Below the pieces are notes generated by a model. That model searched no databases and was not told where the DNA came from. It worked only from the letters and a program-made list of their open reading frames with translations. Source: Mobula hypostoma (Eukaryota). From it: a DNA stretch of 64,000 bases. Numbering within the stretch: position 1 is the stretch's first letter; each line of letters starts with the position of its first letter. Position numbers and translations under genes: made by a program. This document shows, in pieces, positions 11,057 through 24,135 of the stretch. The stretch lies in assembly GCF_963921235.1 (NCBI RefSeq), contig NC_086121.1, positions 26,784,001 to 26,848,000 on the forward strand, in the 5' to 3' direction.

Positions 11057-14000
11057 CTCTATGAGCAGGCATAGACAATGTGCTGAATGGCACAAAATGT
11101 ATTGGGGCATTACATTTCCATTCCATCTTATGCAATAAACATTTTTTTCACTTGTCCATTTGTTGATAGGGTGATTTCAATTTCAACAACTCCCTCAGTA
11201 AATAGCATTCCATGCTCCAACAGTTCTCTATTGCAGTCTTGCGATCATTTTAAATTGAAACCTTCATCACTGTCTCTTCAGCCAGACTTCCCTTATTCTA
11301 GATCAAACTTCTTCCCACCTCTCCTCCAATAAAGCTTCTGCTGTGTTTCAGCGGAAGGGGTCACAGCGTGTCCAACCTTTCCTTATAGCTGTAACTTCTC
11401 ATCCCAGTAATATCCTGGATACTTTACTCCACCCATATGGTTTTAATATCCTCTCTCTAAACGGGGACCCAAAGTGCACACCAGACTCTGTGTGATCACA
11501 AACGTATCCTTTATCTCGCTCAGCAAACTACAATTGTTCTTTTATTAGTTCAGTGAATTCATTCTTCAGGGAATTACGTAGTCAGGTTGACCTCAAATAT
11601 CGTTGTCAGACGCCCTGCTCAAATGTTTAATGTTGTGTGCAGGGCAGAGTTGCTGTTGGCATATCAAAGGCTATGCTCCGGTCTGGCTGATGGTGAGCAA
11701 ATGGAGAGTGTTTGATCCCTTGATACCGTCATTCTTCATGCCGTTCATCGCTTTTTCTTCTCTCCTTCAGAGAAACTTCCCATTTCTGGTTTTAACCTCA
11801 ATGCACATTAACACAGGCATTCAATCATATCTAGTACCTGCCAAACTGAGCTTCTGCCTCGTTCCATCCATGCGCACTCAGACTATATCCGTCCAATCCA
11901 AACTTCTCTCAAGTGGTACAACTGGACCCACATCTGCCACTTCTAGTCGCACTCACCATCCTCTGAGCGAAGACATTTCTCCTCAGATTCCCCTTAGAGA
12001 TTTCACCTTTCATCCTAAACTTATAACATCTAGTCCTAGTCTCAGCTAAACTGAGGGGGGAGAAAAACTGCATGCACTCACCCCATCATCTAACTCATAA
12101 TTGAACAACCTCAGTTGGGCAGAATGGATTGGCACATCCGGTCTGCCCAAGCCGTCAACCCTTTCTGCACTTGCCTGCCTGGGTGATCGGTAAGATTAGA
12201 TGGTATTATAATAAATTTTGCACTGAATCTGGTAAGTTTACAGGGAAAACAGGAACTGGAGATCCAGAGAGCAGGAAGGAGAGAATGGGAAGTTAAGCTC
12301 TCAAGGATCCAAGATAAGAGTGGGAACCAGGGTCCACATGAGATCAGAGGGAGTACCAGAACATGCTGGAAAAAACTGGGATTTCTGAATCACCAGACAG
12401 CAGATTATAGGAGTTTTACTGTGTATCACCACAACTGGGTTTCCTTTATGTTGTCTAACAGTTACACTGTCCCCGACTTTAGATATTTGACTTGCATTGC
12501 ATTAGGTACTGGATTAATTTCTATTGCATGACCATTCCTTCTTTAATGGGCATGTGGTATGGGGCACACTCAACTGGATATACACTGTTTTATATTCAGA
12601 AGGTTGAGCCCCGTCCAGAATTCAGCTCCGCACTATTGGAGGTTCTTTTTTTTTGAATGAGATGTTGAAGGCTGCAAGTTGACCTCTCAGGTTGATTCCA
12701 GGATCCCACAGCCTTACTCTAACAGAGAAATGCGACATCCTTCCAAGTGCTTTGCCAATTACTTTTCCTTCAAACAAAAATCACAGACACATTCATTCAA
12801 TCAATCACTTGCTATTTGGTACCCTTTGGGACATTTGTTACTGCGTGTTTTCTCCCTTACAACTGAGACTCCATTTAGAAATTATTGGTTGTAAAGTGCT
12901 CTGGGACCTCCTGCAGTCACAAATGGAACTATAAAAGTGCAGGGATTTTTTTTTTTGTGTGTGACATTCTTGTTATCTGGTCACTTCTTCATAAAACCTC
13001 TTAATTTTGTCAAGCCAATTTGCTTTTAATAAATCCACGCAAGCAGTCTGCCATTATGCCCCGTAGCTTGAGATGCTCGCTGCTTTAATCTTGAATTACA
13101 GATTGTAAGAGCTTGCTTGCATTTATCTCTGCCACCCACCTGAACCTTCTCAAGTAGGAGTATTACAGTGTTCTTGGTGACTGGAAAGTAGCCAGTTTGC
13201 ATATTCCAGTTGAGCAGAAGTCATTATTCTCTCCTCTTCAATCCTCTTTAAAAACCATTGGGTGATTTATCTGCTTTCAAAATGTGCTATTATTTTTCTT
13301 TCTCCACAGAGTGCATATACATTTTCAAATCCACCATCATTTGGACATAAAATATGTAATATATCCCTGCCACGGCTGTAACCATGAATGCCAGCTTTCC
13401 TTTATTTAGCTGATTGCTCCAACTCCAACTATTCATATGCTTATAAGGTCTGATTATTTCCTTTCATATCACTCTGTGCCTTTATGCTCTCTATTCTTCC
13501 TTTCACCCACACCCTGCTCTCCCTGCACCTCACGAGTTCACTGCTGTTAGCTCCAGCTTCATCATTACTGGATTAAATTACAGTTTGGATTTAACCTCTC
13601 ATAACCTTGGAGTTTTGTTAGTCAGCATCCTATTCTATTTCACTCCCAAAGTTCAGATCAATCTTACTAAAAATTCGATCCTTGGACGCATTGTCATTTT
13701 CTCACAGAAGAATACACGTACGTTATTTTGCCTTCAATCTATCTTATAATTTTAACCGTTCCCCAGTACTGATCCATTACTATCTTTGCTCACTCTTCAC
13801 CAGGTAATATTGGTCAGATCACTTTACTTCCCTTACTTTCTTCCACCCCTGCAGCCATCGTATTTGCTCTTCCGTTATCCTGCTCTTTTTTTTCCATTGA
13901 ACTTTGTGGTATTTACTTTCTCAACTGTTTGCCTCACCCAGGACTTATATTGCAGGACCAAAATGATCAGAACTTCCCCATTTACAAAATATCTCATGCA

Positions 14001-14353
14001 AGATGATTTCTAAAAAGTCACAATTACATAATCCCTTACAAAACAGACCTAGTCATTGACAATATTGTGCAAAAAAATAACATTGTCATAAAAACACACC
14101 CATCTGGTTCCACAATATAATTTGGAGGAGAAAATATAAACTTAATTAAGGTGGTCTATTTGCCACCCCAGATGATTCTGAAAAGCATTCACCAAAGCTG
14201 AGCAGCCAACATCAACCGAGGCACCGAATTTGGAAACAGCAACGTTACCCTCAACTTAATCAAATGTGTAAAATTCTCCTCACAAATATCTAGAGACTGG
14301 GGAATCAAACTGTGAGAGCTGTCCCACAGACTAAACAAGCATGAACTTGACAC

Positions 14354-14483
14354 AGACACGAGGAAATCTGCAGATGCTGGAAATTCAAGCAACACACACA
14401 AAATGCTAGTGGGACACAGCAGGCCAGGCAGCATCTATAGGAAGAAGTACAGTCGATGTTTCGGGCCGAGACCCTTCGTCAGG
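14354..14483 (-). mobile_element. Solo PLE terminal-repeat unit (~130 bp) with a complete hammerhead core
   Basis: Same family as 4052-4762; 9-bp direct repeat acttgacac (14345-14353 / 14484-14492). Confidence 0.85.
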
Positions 14484-14486
14484 ACT
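14451..14486 (-). ncRNA. Minimal type I hammerhead ribozyme motif
   Basis: Minus strand is AGUC CUGACGA A GGGU-CUCG-GCCC GAAA C AUC^GACU: intact CUGANGA and GAAA boxes, 4-bp stem II, stem I AGUC/GACU, NUH triplet. Confidence 0.8.
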
Positions 14487-14547
14487 TGACACCATTATTT
14501 ATATTCATAGAATCATAAATGTGCCATTCATTGTATTGCAGAGTTAT

Positions 14548-15838
14548 GGACCTGGACCCATTGTAACTTGCCTATCGTCAAAATAGGTCAACAGCAGACA
14601 AAATCTCAATGGCTCTCCAAACGGCCTTAGAACACCTAGACAACACAAACACCTATGTCAGGATGCTGTTCATCGACTATAGCTCAGCATTTAATACCAT
14701 CATTCCCACAATCCTGACTGAGAAGTTGCAGAACCTGGGCCCCTGTACCTCCCCCTGCAATTGGATCCTCAGCTTCCTAACTGGAAGACCACAATCTGTG
14801 CGGATTGGTGATAACAGATCCTCCTCGTTGACGATCAACACTGGCGCACCTTAGGGCTGTGTGCTTAGCCCACTGCTCTACTCTCTATATACACATGACT
14901 GTGTGGCTAGGCATAGCTCAAATACTATTTATAAATTTGCTGACAATACAACCTTTGTTGGTAGAATCTCAGGTGGTGACGAGAGGGCGGACAGGAGTGA
15001 GATATGCCAACCAGTGGAATGGTGCCGCAGCAACAACCTGGCACTCAACGTCAGTAAGACAAAAGGAAGCGTAAGAGGAAGGAACACATACCAATCCTCA
15101 CAGAGGGATCAGAAGTGGAGAGAGTGAGCAGTTTCAAGTTCCTGGGTGTCAAGGTCTCTGAGGATCTAACCTGGTCCCAACATATCGATACAGTTATAAA
15201 TAAGGCAAGACAGCGGCTATACTTCATTAGGGGTCTGAAGAGATTTGGCATGTCAACAAATACACTCAAAAACTTCTATAAATGTACTGTGGAGAGCATT
15301 CTGACAGGCTGCATCACTGTCTGGTATGGAGGGGCTACTGCACAGGAACAAAAGAAGCTGCAGAGGGTTGTAAATCTAGTCAGCTCCATATTGGGTACTA
15401 GCCTACAAGGTACCCAGGACATCTGCAAGGAAAGGTGTTTCAGAAAGGCAGCGTCCATTATTAAGGACCTCCAGCACCCAGGGCATGACCTTTTCTCACT
15501 GTTACCGTTAGGTAGGAGGTACAGAAGCCTGAAGGCACACACTCAGCGATTCAGGAACAGCTTCTTCCCCTCTGCCATCCGATTCCTAAATGGACATTGA
15601 ACCCTTGGACACCACCTCATCTTTTAAAAAAAAATACAGTATTTCTGTTTTTTGCACTTTTTTGAATCTATTCAATATAAGTATACTGTAATTGATGTAT
15701 TTATTTAATTATTATTATTTTAAAATTTTATTTATTATTTATTTTTCTCTTCTATATTACGTATTGCATTGAACTGCTGCTGCTAAGTTAACAAATTTCA
15801 CGTCATATGCCAGTGGTAATAAACCTGATTCTGATTCT
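14548..15838 (+). mobile_element. Rex1/Babar-type LINE, RT domain to 3' tail, disrupted
   Basis: [18 protein letters not shown]...GAP*GCVLSPLLYSLYTHDC...YKFADNTT; C-terminal ERVSSFKFLGV...RFRNSFFPSAIRFLN; tail aataaacctgattctgattctg. Confidence 0.92.
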
Positions 15839-16754
15839 GTCCCATCAGTAAGGTGACCCACCAGAGAAGGTGGAATCCAGGCAAGGGAGAACAACCCAGG
15901 TCATCTTTTCAACATTGACTCGAGGTCTAACTCATCAGGTCAAAGTCTAGAAGGCCACAGCAGCCAAATCACATGCATAGCGATCAGTGATTAAACCAAA
16001 CTTAGAATGAACTTATCTGGCTTCATCCTTATCAGTCTACCTGCATTGGATAAATCCATCCGTGTTAGTGCCAGTAGATGTGACCATCACACATCCCTTC
16101 TACAGACAAGTCCTGTCCACTGCGTGTGGCAAAATTGAATACTCGACAGATCCGTCAGCTTAAACTAGAGTATCCACAACCAGTATTAGAAATATATACA
16201 ATCACAGTCTGTAACCTTCTTATTCTATCCCACACTCTGTCACCACCATCAAAACAGGGGTTTACCCAGGTTCAATGCACTGGGCAGTAGGGCATGTTGG
16301 AAGTAGTCAGACCCAGAGAAAAATGAGGACACAGCACAATGGTTCAGATCAAAAACTCTACAGTCTCAACACATCATTGTGTATAATAGTGACAACCAAA
16401 CTGCTAGCAGAAGGCTCCAAACTCGACGATGGCGGGACCCAACATGCAAATGCTAAAATCAAAGCTGCATTGCTTGCAATCACATTCAGCCCAAACTACC
16501 GAGCCAGTAATCCACCCTGAGTTCTGCAATTTATCTCCTCAAACTAATGCTTCTAGTATCAAGGAGGATGAGCGCTCAGGCCATTAGAACACTGCCAACA
16601 GCAAACTATCTCTCCACTTTACACACCATCTTGGAAATGCATCATTGTTACACATTGTCATTATTTGGTCTAAATCCTGGAACACCCCACACTACAGCAC
16701 TGGAGAGAACAGCTTGACTACAGCTCAAGTTCAAGTGGCTCATCGCCATGTCCG

Positions 16755-17175
16755 TCTTCTTCTTTTGCCCCTTGATCCGCTGGCCTTAGGGCAGCAATAA
16801 AGGTCCCCCATCCCTGGCAGTGTTCACGGCTTCCTCCATCGTGTCAGTAGCTTCCCCTCAGTTTACGGTCAGTCACGCAAGTCCCGGGTGGAGACTCGGG
16901 AACACCGTGGCACTTGGATGTAGAAAGATTCTTCATTGCTTCTTCTGTAACAATTTTGTTTGACCAGTCAGGATTGTTAGCCCTGAGATGAACCCCCAAA
17001 CCTGGAGGACTGGCACACCACGATTAGTCTGACCTCTGCCCTTTGACCTGTTTAGCATGGGTGATCCTACCAAGAGCCAAAGCAGTAAGCCCTGACTCCA
17101 GCCGGCATAGCTCTGCGGGTCATTGAGGCACACGAGTCTCCAAACCCTACAAGGTTGTGGCCCTCTTCAAGGATC
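16755..17175 (-). mobile_element. Non-autonomous RTE-derived element (5' UTR fused to 3' end)
   Basis: Reverse complement of the 21368-21790 family. Confidence 0.65.
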
Positions 17176-17694
17176 GCCATATCCTGACGGCAATTAATAC
17201 CGGCCTTGGCGTTGACACCCAGGTGCTGGAATATTAAGTTAAAATGGACAGATCATCCAAAAGTCCTTTACAGCCAAAGAGGTGCATTTCATACGCACAC
17301 AGCAGCTAATTTACACATCACAAGCTCCCACTTGCACAGCCAAATAAACAATCAGGTTGTTGCCTGGAGGTTGCACACAATCTGTTTAGGTACATTAAAG
17401 TGTTGACAAGCAGGCTGACAAACATTATGCCCAAGGGCTCCCCACTGGAACATCCTGGACCACGTCCTGCCGTACAGAACCTAAACCGAGTTGTAGGCAG
17501 GTTAGGATGAGAAGGTGCTGAGGTTAGGACTTGAGCTGGGTTTAGAAGAAAGGCATGAGAAACAGATAGGTTGAACATTCAGTGTGAGGGGCAATTGTCC
17601 AGGACTGGCGAAACGCAGGGGTTGGGAATGGCAGGATGTCATGCGATGGCAGTGTTGTATGGGGGGGGGGGGGAAGTCCTTTGAATTAACTAGA

Positions 17695-17995
17695 AGAACA
17701 TAAAAAATAGGAGCAGGAGTCGGCCATCTGGCCCGTCCAGCCTGCCCCGCCATTCAATAAGATCATGGCTGATCTGGGCATGGACTCATCTCTACCTACC
17801 TGCCTTTTCCCCCATAACCCTCAATTCCCCTACTGTGCAAAAATCTATCCAACCTTTACTTAAATATATTTACTGAGGTGGCCTCCATTGCTTCATTGGG
17901 CAGAGAATGCCACAGACTCACCACCCTTTGGGAAAAGAAGTTCCTCCTCATCTCCATCCTAAATCTACTCCCCCAAATCTTGAGGCTATGTCACC
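17695..17995 (-). mobile_element. CR1 LINE 3' fragment
   Basis: agaacataaaaaataggagcaggagtcggccat...cacagactcaccaccctttgggaaaagaagttcctcctcatc, the reverse complement of a CR1 ORF2 end and 3' UTR. Confidence 0.75.
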
Positions 17996-19804
17996 TCAAC
18001 TATGGTGAGGAAGGCGCCACGGATTTGGGATCTGCTCCTGGAGATCCCTTACAAGCAACACTGGAGTACACCTCAGAGAGGTCTGCATCAGCTGACGGGT
18101 TCTTGGGGAAATATCCCCAAAGTATCACTCATTTATGCACTGCACAGCACTGCTAGTATCTGAACTCCTTTACAAGGTCAGATGCATAGCGGAAATAGAA
18201 ATAATGCAGTCACAAATTTTTCTTAACCTTTTATTTTTTCACTGGAACTGAAATGCATTTGCATAAAAATGTGGCACTGCATGGGGCAATGTCTAGTTGT
18301 CTGAAGACATTGGCCGTGGGCTAACCATTGCAGGGAGCCTTTCATATATCAGGTGATGCAGCACTGTGACATTGGAGTTCTAGCTTGAAAGGTGTTTCTT
18401 CACGTTGATGACAATCTCCACCCTTGTTCCAGACAATATAGGCATTGCTATTTTCTGCCCCTTCCCCCTCACCTTCTGTCCCCATCTAGCTTGAAAGTCA
18501 TACCACTCTCTTCTTGATCTTTATAGAGCGTCAAAGTCCGAAACCCGTGTCCAACCTCACCAATCCGATTAAAGCATCAAGCCAGATTAAGGTGCTGAGG
18601 CATGAGAGCAGAAAGCAAACCAACTCCGTGCCAGCCAAGATCCCCCACCTGAGCCCATCCCACCTGTCTGCATTTCACCCATCTCCCTCTCTCTCACGAC
18701 TACCATCAGGTGGGGGTGCAGGAGTCTCGGGTCCCACCGGGCTAGATTTGGGAGCAACTGTTGTCCTGCAGCCATCGGGCTCCTGGACCGACTTCACTTG
18801 CCTCAGCGCTAAACTGACTATACAGCCTGCAGACTCACTTTTGGGCACACTGCAGTTCATGTTTTATGTATTATTTGTTTAATTTATTATTATTTGCATG
18901 ATTCGTCCTCTTGCACATTGAATATTTGTTGGGTCTTTGTCATGTATGGTTTTTCATGGATTCTATTCTGTTCGCTTTGTGGCTGCCTGAGAGAAGATGA
19001 ATCAAGGTTATATACAGTATCCATACTTTGATAATAAATATACCTTAAAATTTGATCTCATATCACATGGATTCTCATGTAGTGGCCACAGACATCTAAT
19101 ATGTTTGCACTTGTTCAGCTCCCAATCAATACTGAACTTCTCACTTTTAAATTCAGGTATATTAATCGCCGACTTGTCCACGGTTAGCCACATATTCATT
19201 ATAACTGTAATCTTACACCACACCAATACATTCACACATTGTTAATGCTTTTAACTCTGCAACTGCAGTTTGAATGCTTTGTACTTACAGACATAGTATT
19301 CTTTGGCAGTTGTGGGAAGGTTGACCTTTCATCTTTGACCTTTTGATATTGTGTTCATGTATTTTTAATCCCACAATTTCAAAGTTTCTTCTTCCATCTG
19401 ATTACAATCCAAAAATCAAAAATGAAAAAAAATCTGCTCTTCCATCTAATCCTGAGTTTATGGCCCTTTTTACGGAGTCACTGATTAATCAACATAGTCT
19501 TTTTCTATTTACCTTCAATCTTCTCTGATCCAGATAATACTGACCTAGATTATTTAACTCTATTTCAGAATGGTAAACTTGGAAGGCGGAGTTCAGATCC
19601 AAGATCATTCTCTCAACCCTGGTATTAAACCCATGAATATCTACAGTTTGCCAATGTTCTCCTGTCCAGGAAGGACCTTCTCTCACTACCTCAGCTCCAC
19701 CAACCTCAGGCAACCTCTTGGAAGACACTCAAAGGTCTGCTCTTATTGTGTAAGCTCATGCAGGAAGTTCTGAAGTTACGAGAAAAAGAATTGGAGACAT
19801 ACAG

Positions 19805-20190
19805 CCTCTTTGGAGAGAAGGAGGATGAGAGGAGACATGACAGAGGTGTACAAGATTATAAAAGGAATAGATAGAGTGGATCACCAGCGCCTCTTTCCCA
19901 GGGCACCACTGCTCAATACAAGAGGACATGGCTTTAAGGTATGGGGTGGGAAGTTCAAGGGGGATATTAGAGGAAGGTTTTTAACTCAGAGAGTGGCTGG
20001 TGCGTGGAATGCACTGCCTGAGTCAGTGGTGGAGGCAGATACACTCGTGAAGTTTAAGAGGCTACTAGACAGATATATGGAGGAATTTAAGGTGGGGGGG
20101 AGGTTATATGGGAGTCAGGGTTTGAGGGTCAGCACAACTTTGTGAGCTGAAGGGCCTGTAATGTGCTGTACTATTCTATGTTCTATGTTC
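19805..20190 (+). mobile_element. CR1 LINE 3' fragment
   Basis: ORF ERRRMRGDMTEVYKIIKGIDRV...RGHGFKV...FLTQRVAGAWNALPESVVEA; tail ttctatgttctatgttct. Confidence 0.88.
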
Positions 20191-20329
20191 TCTTGGCCCA
20201 CTGAGTCTCTGGCCAACATCAGGCACCCATTTACATTAATTCCACTTTATTTGCTCCACATTCTCATCAGTTCCTTCGAGATTCTACCGCTAACTCACAA
20301 ATTAGGGACATTTTACAGTTGCCAATTAA

Positions 20330-20490
20330 TCACCAAACCCTCATATCTTTGGGATAAGGGAGGAAAGCAAAGCGGCTAGGGGAAATCCATGTGATTACGG
20401 AGACCATGCAAACTCCACATAGAGAGCTTAGGAGGCCAGGATTGAACCCCAGCTCACTGCAGCTGTGAGGCAATGGCTCCACACGCCGTA
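20330..20490 (-). mobile_element. Degenerate tRNA-derived V-SINE (HE1-like)
   Basis: B-box-like gggttcaatcc and V-domain-like atgtggagtttgcatggtctcc on the minus strand. Confidence 0.55.
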
Positions 20491-21367
20491 CCAGGGTACA
20501 CTATAAGGTCCAATGTGCGTAACACAAGTTTTTCTCCTTGTTGCCTTGCCCTTGGTCAACAATTGGGTCTGTGGTATGTGGTAGAATATAAACAGCCAGA
20601 TGCCAATAGCCTGCAGTATACCCTCTATGAATGATTTCATTAATAATGGCTGGTTGAAGAGCGTGCTGCTGGGCTTTCTGTGTCCACTTCTCTCCAATCT
20701 CGGGTCTCCATGGCTTTCCTTAGTGCATCTGACTCTCTGAAGTGTTGGCAGTGTATCAACATGCAAATTCTGATGAGGAGGTGTGACTCTGGTTCTTGTC
20801 TGAAGATGTGTCATAGAGCACAACAACACAGAAACAGGCCCTTCAGCCCTCCATAACCCTCCTATCCTAATTTCTCTTAGTGTGGAGCTAAAACTTATGT
20901 GAACATGAGTGGAAAGATCAGCACTGTGCACCATGGGGATATTGCATCAGGAAGACCATTACGTGCAACAATCCTGCACTTTCCTGCAGGTATTATAAAT
21001 TAGCCAGGCAGGGAATAATTCAGTAATTACCTTTTCAATTTCTAATCCTGACAGAAATTTCCACCGATTTCAATGAGGTCAGTTCTGCGCAGCATCAAGC
21101 AAGAATTAAACTTATTGCAGAGACAGTTCACCATTATTTCCCAACTAAAAGCAATGAAGGAAGCACAGGTTAAAGCAACCAACAATTCACAGCGGAAGAT
21201 TTAGCCCTGACAGGATGAGTTATGTAGGGTTTAAATCCACAAGCTCGCGATGTGTAGCCATTGTTTTCAGATGACTGCCTCTCACTCTTTTAAGGATAAC
21301 TGTAACAAATTGCTTACCTGTAAAGACCCCAAGGTGCAGGAAAAGACTTTCGGAATGCTGTACAATT

Positions 21368-21790
21368 AGGACCTCCAAGAAGACCACAACCTTTTTGTAG
21401 GGTTTGGAGGTTTGTGTGCCTCAATGACCTGGAGAGCTAATGTTGACTGCAGTCAGGGCTTTATGCTTTGGGTCGTGGTAGGGTCACCCATCCCAAACAG
21501 GTCAAGGGGTAGAGGCCAGACTAACAGCGGCCCACCAGTCCTCCAGGTTCAGCTCAGGGCTAACAACCCTGACTAGTGAAACAAAATTGTTACGGAAACA
21601 GCAATGAATAATCCTTCTACGTCCGAGTGTGACAGTATTTCTGAGTCTCTTCCTGGGATTTGCATGACTGACAGTAGTGAAAGCAGAGAGGAAGCTAATG
21701 GTACGATGAGGGAAACCGTGAACACCACCAGAAATGGAGGACCTTCATTGCTGCCCTAAATGCCAGCGGAGCAACAGGCAAAAGAGAGGA
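21368..21790 (+). mobile_element. Non-autonomous RTE-derived element
   Basis: RTE/Expander-like 5' UTR (gtgtgcctcaatgacc...gtagggtcacccat...aacaggtcaaggggtagaggccagac...gggctaacaaccctgact) joined to an RTE-like 3' end (tggaggaccttcattgctgccctaaatgcc). Four copies in the window. Confidence 0.65.
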
Positions 21791-23719
21791 AGAGTACAAT
21801 TAGGAGGAAAAGGTTTTTTGGGTTTTGAGCAGCAAGCAAGACTGAAAGAAAAATGGAATGAGAATAAAACTACAGAGCAGAATATTGCAGAAATGGGAGG
21901 CAACTGCTTGCTACCAGCAGATGTAGAAATTAGACTCAGAGTGTCATCCCACACCACACAATGAAGGGAAAAACACAAACTGGCATAGCTTCAAAGCCCA
22001 GAAAACCAGCAACATGTCATAATAACCTTCGGAATGAGAAGCAATGGTCTGCATTTAGTGTTCTCTGCACACTTGTAGAAGCCGATTACTTGTTTCTGGG
22101 AGTAGGAACCAGCAATGAGACAGGCTTATGAGCGCTCTAGATCAGTGGGAGGTAGCCATGTGGTTGGAGGGACAGAAATATTGATCTTTCTGACCTGTTC
22201 AACTCATCACTGCCCTTCGACTGGCGAGAGGGTAATTACTGCTCCACAATAAACTCAGGAATGAGCAGTGTGCTGTGTGGAGCCATTTCACAGCAGAAAA
22301 CAAATCGCACTTTCAACTCCAAGCCACTGCCCAATTGGAATTAATCTCAAATGTCTGATTGTAATTGGGTCTGCTCAGTATATTAGGGCAGTGAAGTAGA
22401 TTCAATAATAACAACATTCAAAAGGGAATTAGATATATCCTTGAAAGGCAGAAAAAAAAATTGAGAAAAAGCGTCTGAGTGGTATGACTGAACAGTGCAT
22501 TCACAAGGTTGGCACAAGTGCCAGTACTACTCATCCCGTAGAACACAGATTACTTCAACGGACCATAAATTCACGTGACGGACGAGATTTTCACGTGATC
22601 AGCAAGTTACAAATTGTTTTCATGGTTGGGATAGTGTTCCGTGGTCATAAACGCCCTGGAGATTCGGCTTTGCTCCGTGTAATGAAGACACCAAGAAAAC
22701 CAGACCTTTCAAATGTGCCCTTCCGAACAGCCAGCCCCATGCTGGGCTTAGGAAGCAGCTAGTGCTCCATGAGCGAAGCCGTAAATCTCCAAGCAGAGGA
22801 TGGATGCTGCACAGGCTGCCAGCTAATCCGAGGAACCGCTTCCCCGGAGCCACCTGCATGCCTGGCAATTGCTCTCTTAGAAAGAAAGAGATTTTTGTCC
22901 TTGAAACATGAAACTCTTTAATTAAAAGGCATTTTAAAACGGAACTGAAAATTAAATCTTCCTTTGCATTGTTGACATTGGAAAGCAGTAATGATGAAAC
23001 CGCTCCAACAGAATTTTAAGCAGAACTGTTCGAACGAACAAAGCGACCATTTGCTCCGACTTCCCTGCAACAGCCTCCATTTTGAAGGAGGAAATGCACC
23101 TTGTAATAGGAGCCAGAGGTCATCAGCGTGGTAGAGTGATGTGAGATGTACAATATGACTTCCCTGGGACTGACAGGAAGAAATGTGTTGCTGGGGGGAG
23201 CCTTCTCATTGTATGGTACACCATTCAAAAGGGGTAACAGTGCAGGCAGCCATTTGCAGATCCATTTCACCAGTTCAAGCATGGTTGCTCTTTAATCACA
23301 GGCCGCCTGTTGTAAGTGTGCTTCAGATGATAGCACATCATTACCAAGGAAGCAAATGGCTGTGTTGGAGTTGAAGATACATGGCTTTGGATGGATCAGA
23401 TTCAATAGCATGAAATCACCTTCTGCAAGCACAATGCTTAAAGTGAGACTTTAACTCGGTCATTTTATTAGTACTAAGGAAAGCTCGTTAAGTAAACTTG
23501 CCCATCAGCACATGGAACAATGACACCCATGGTTATTAGGGCTCTCTATTCCACTTGCCTAACCAAACTTTGCCCAGCAGACTTATATCATCACCAGTAG
23601 AGTGTCCCCTGTTGGTTGGAGGGTGGGGATTGGGGAAAACAAATTCATTGAATAATTTGAACTTTTTCAGGCTAACACAGATGTGAAGTGGTTATCGCAT
23701 GGAGCTTCTTGGATCCTCC

Positions 23720-24135
23720 TCCAAGGACGGCTACCTCGTCGTGGTGGAGAGTCTTCTGAGTTCCTGAGATCCTGAGTGCGATACCCTCTGGTGCTTAGCT
23801 CCTGATGGGGTCATCAAGATCAAGATGATGGCAGTAAGATCAAGAGGGTGGATCCAAGAAAAGAGCGATCCAACCAAGACCTCAACAGTTGAGCTGGCAG
23901 AAAATGATGACACATCACAACAGCATTGAAAGCGGGAGAAGGCTGCAGCAGTGACGGATCCCCAGTCCTCTTGCAGTCCATGCTGCTGGACCCTGACCCT
24001 GATCTGTCAAGGACTGTACGGTGGTTGCCTGTGCATCTGCATCCCCGTGTTAAACAACGCCGTGCACAGGCATTCTCTTCTAAGGGAATAACCCCTTAGG
24101 AGGACATCATACTTAACTTGAGTAGTCGCACTGAG
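23720..24135 (+). mobile_element. Second RTE-like 5' UTR-derived element
   Basis: Starts ggacggctacctcgtcgtggtggagag...gatcctgagtgcgatacc...ctcctgatggggtc, an RTE-type 5' leader pattern. Confidence 0.45.
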
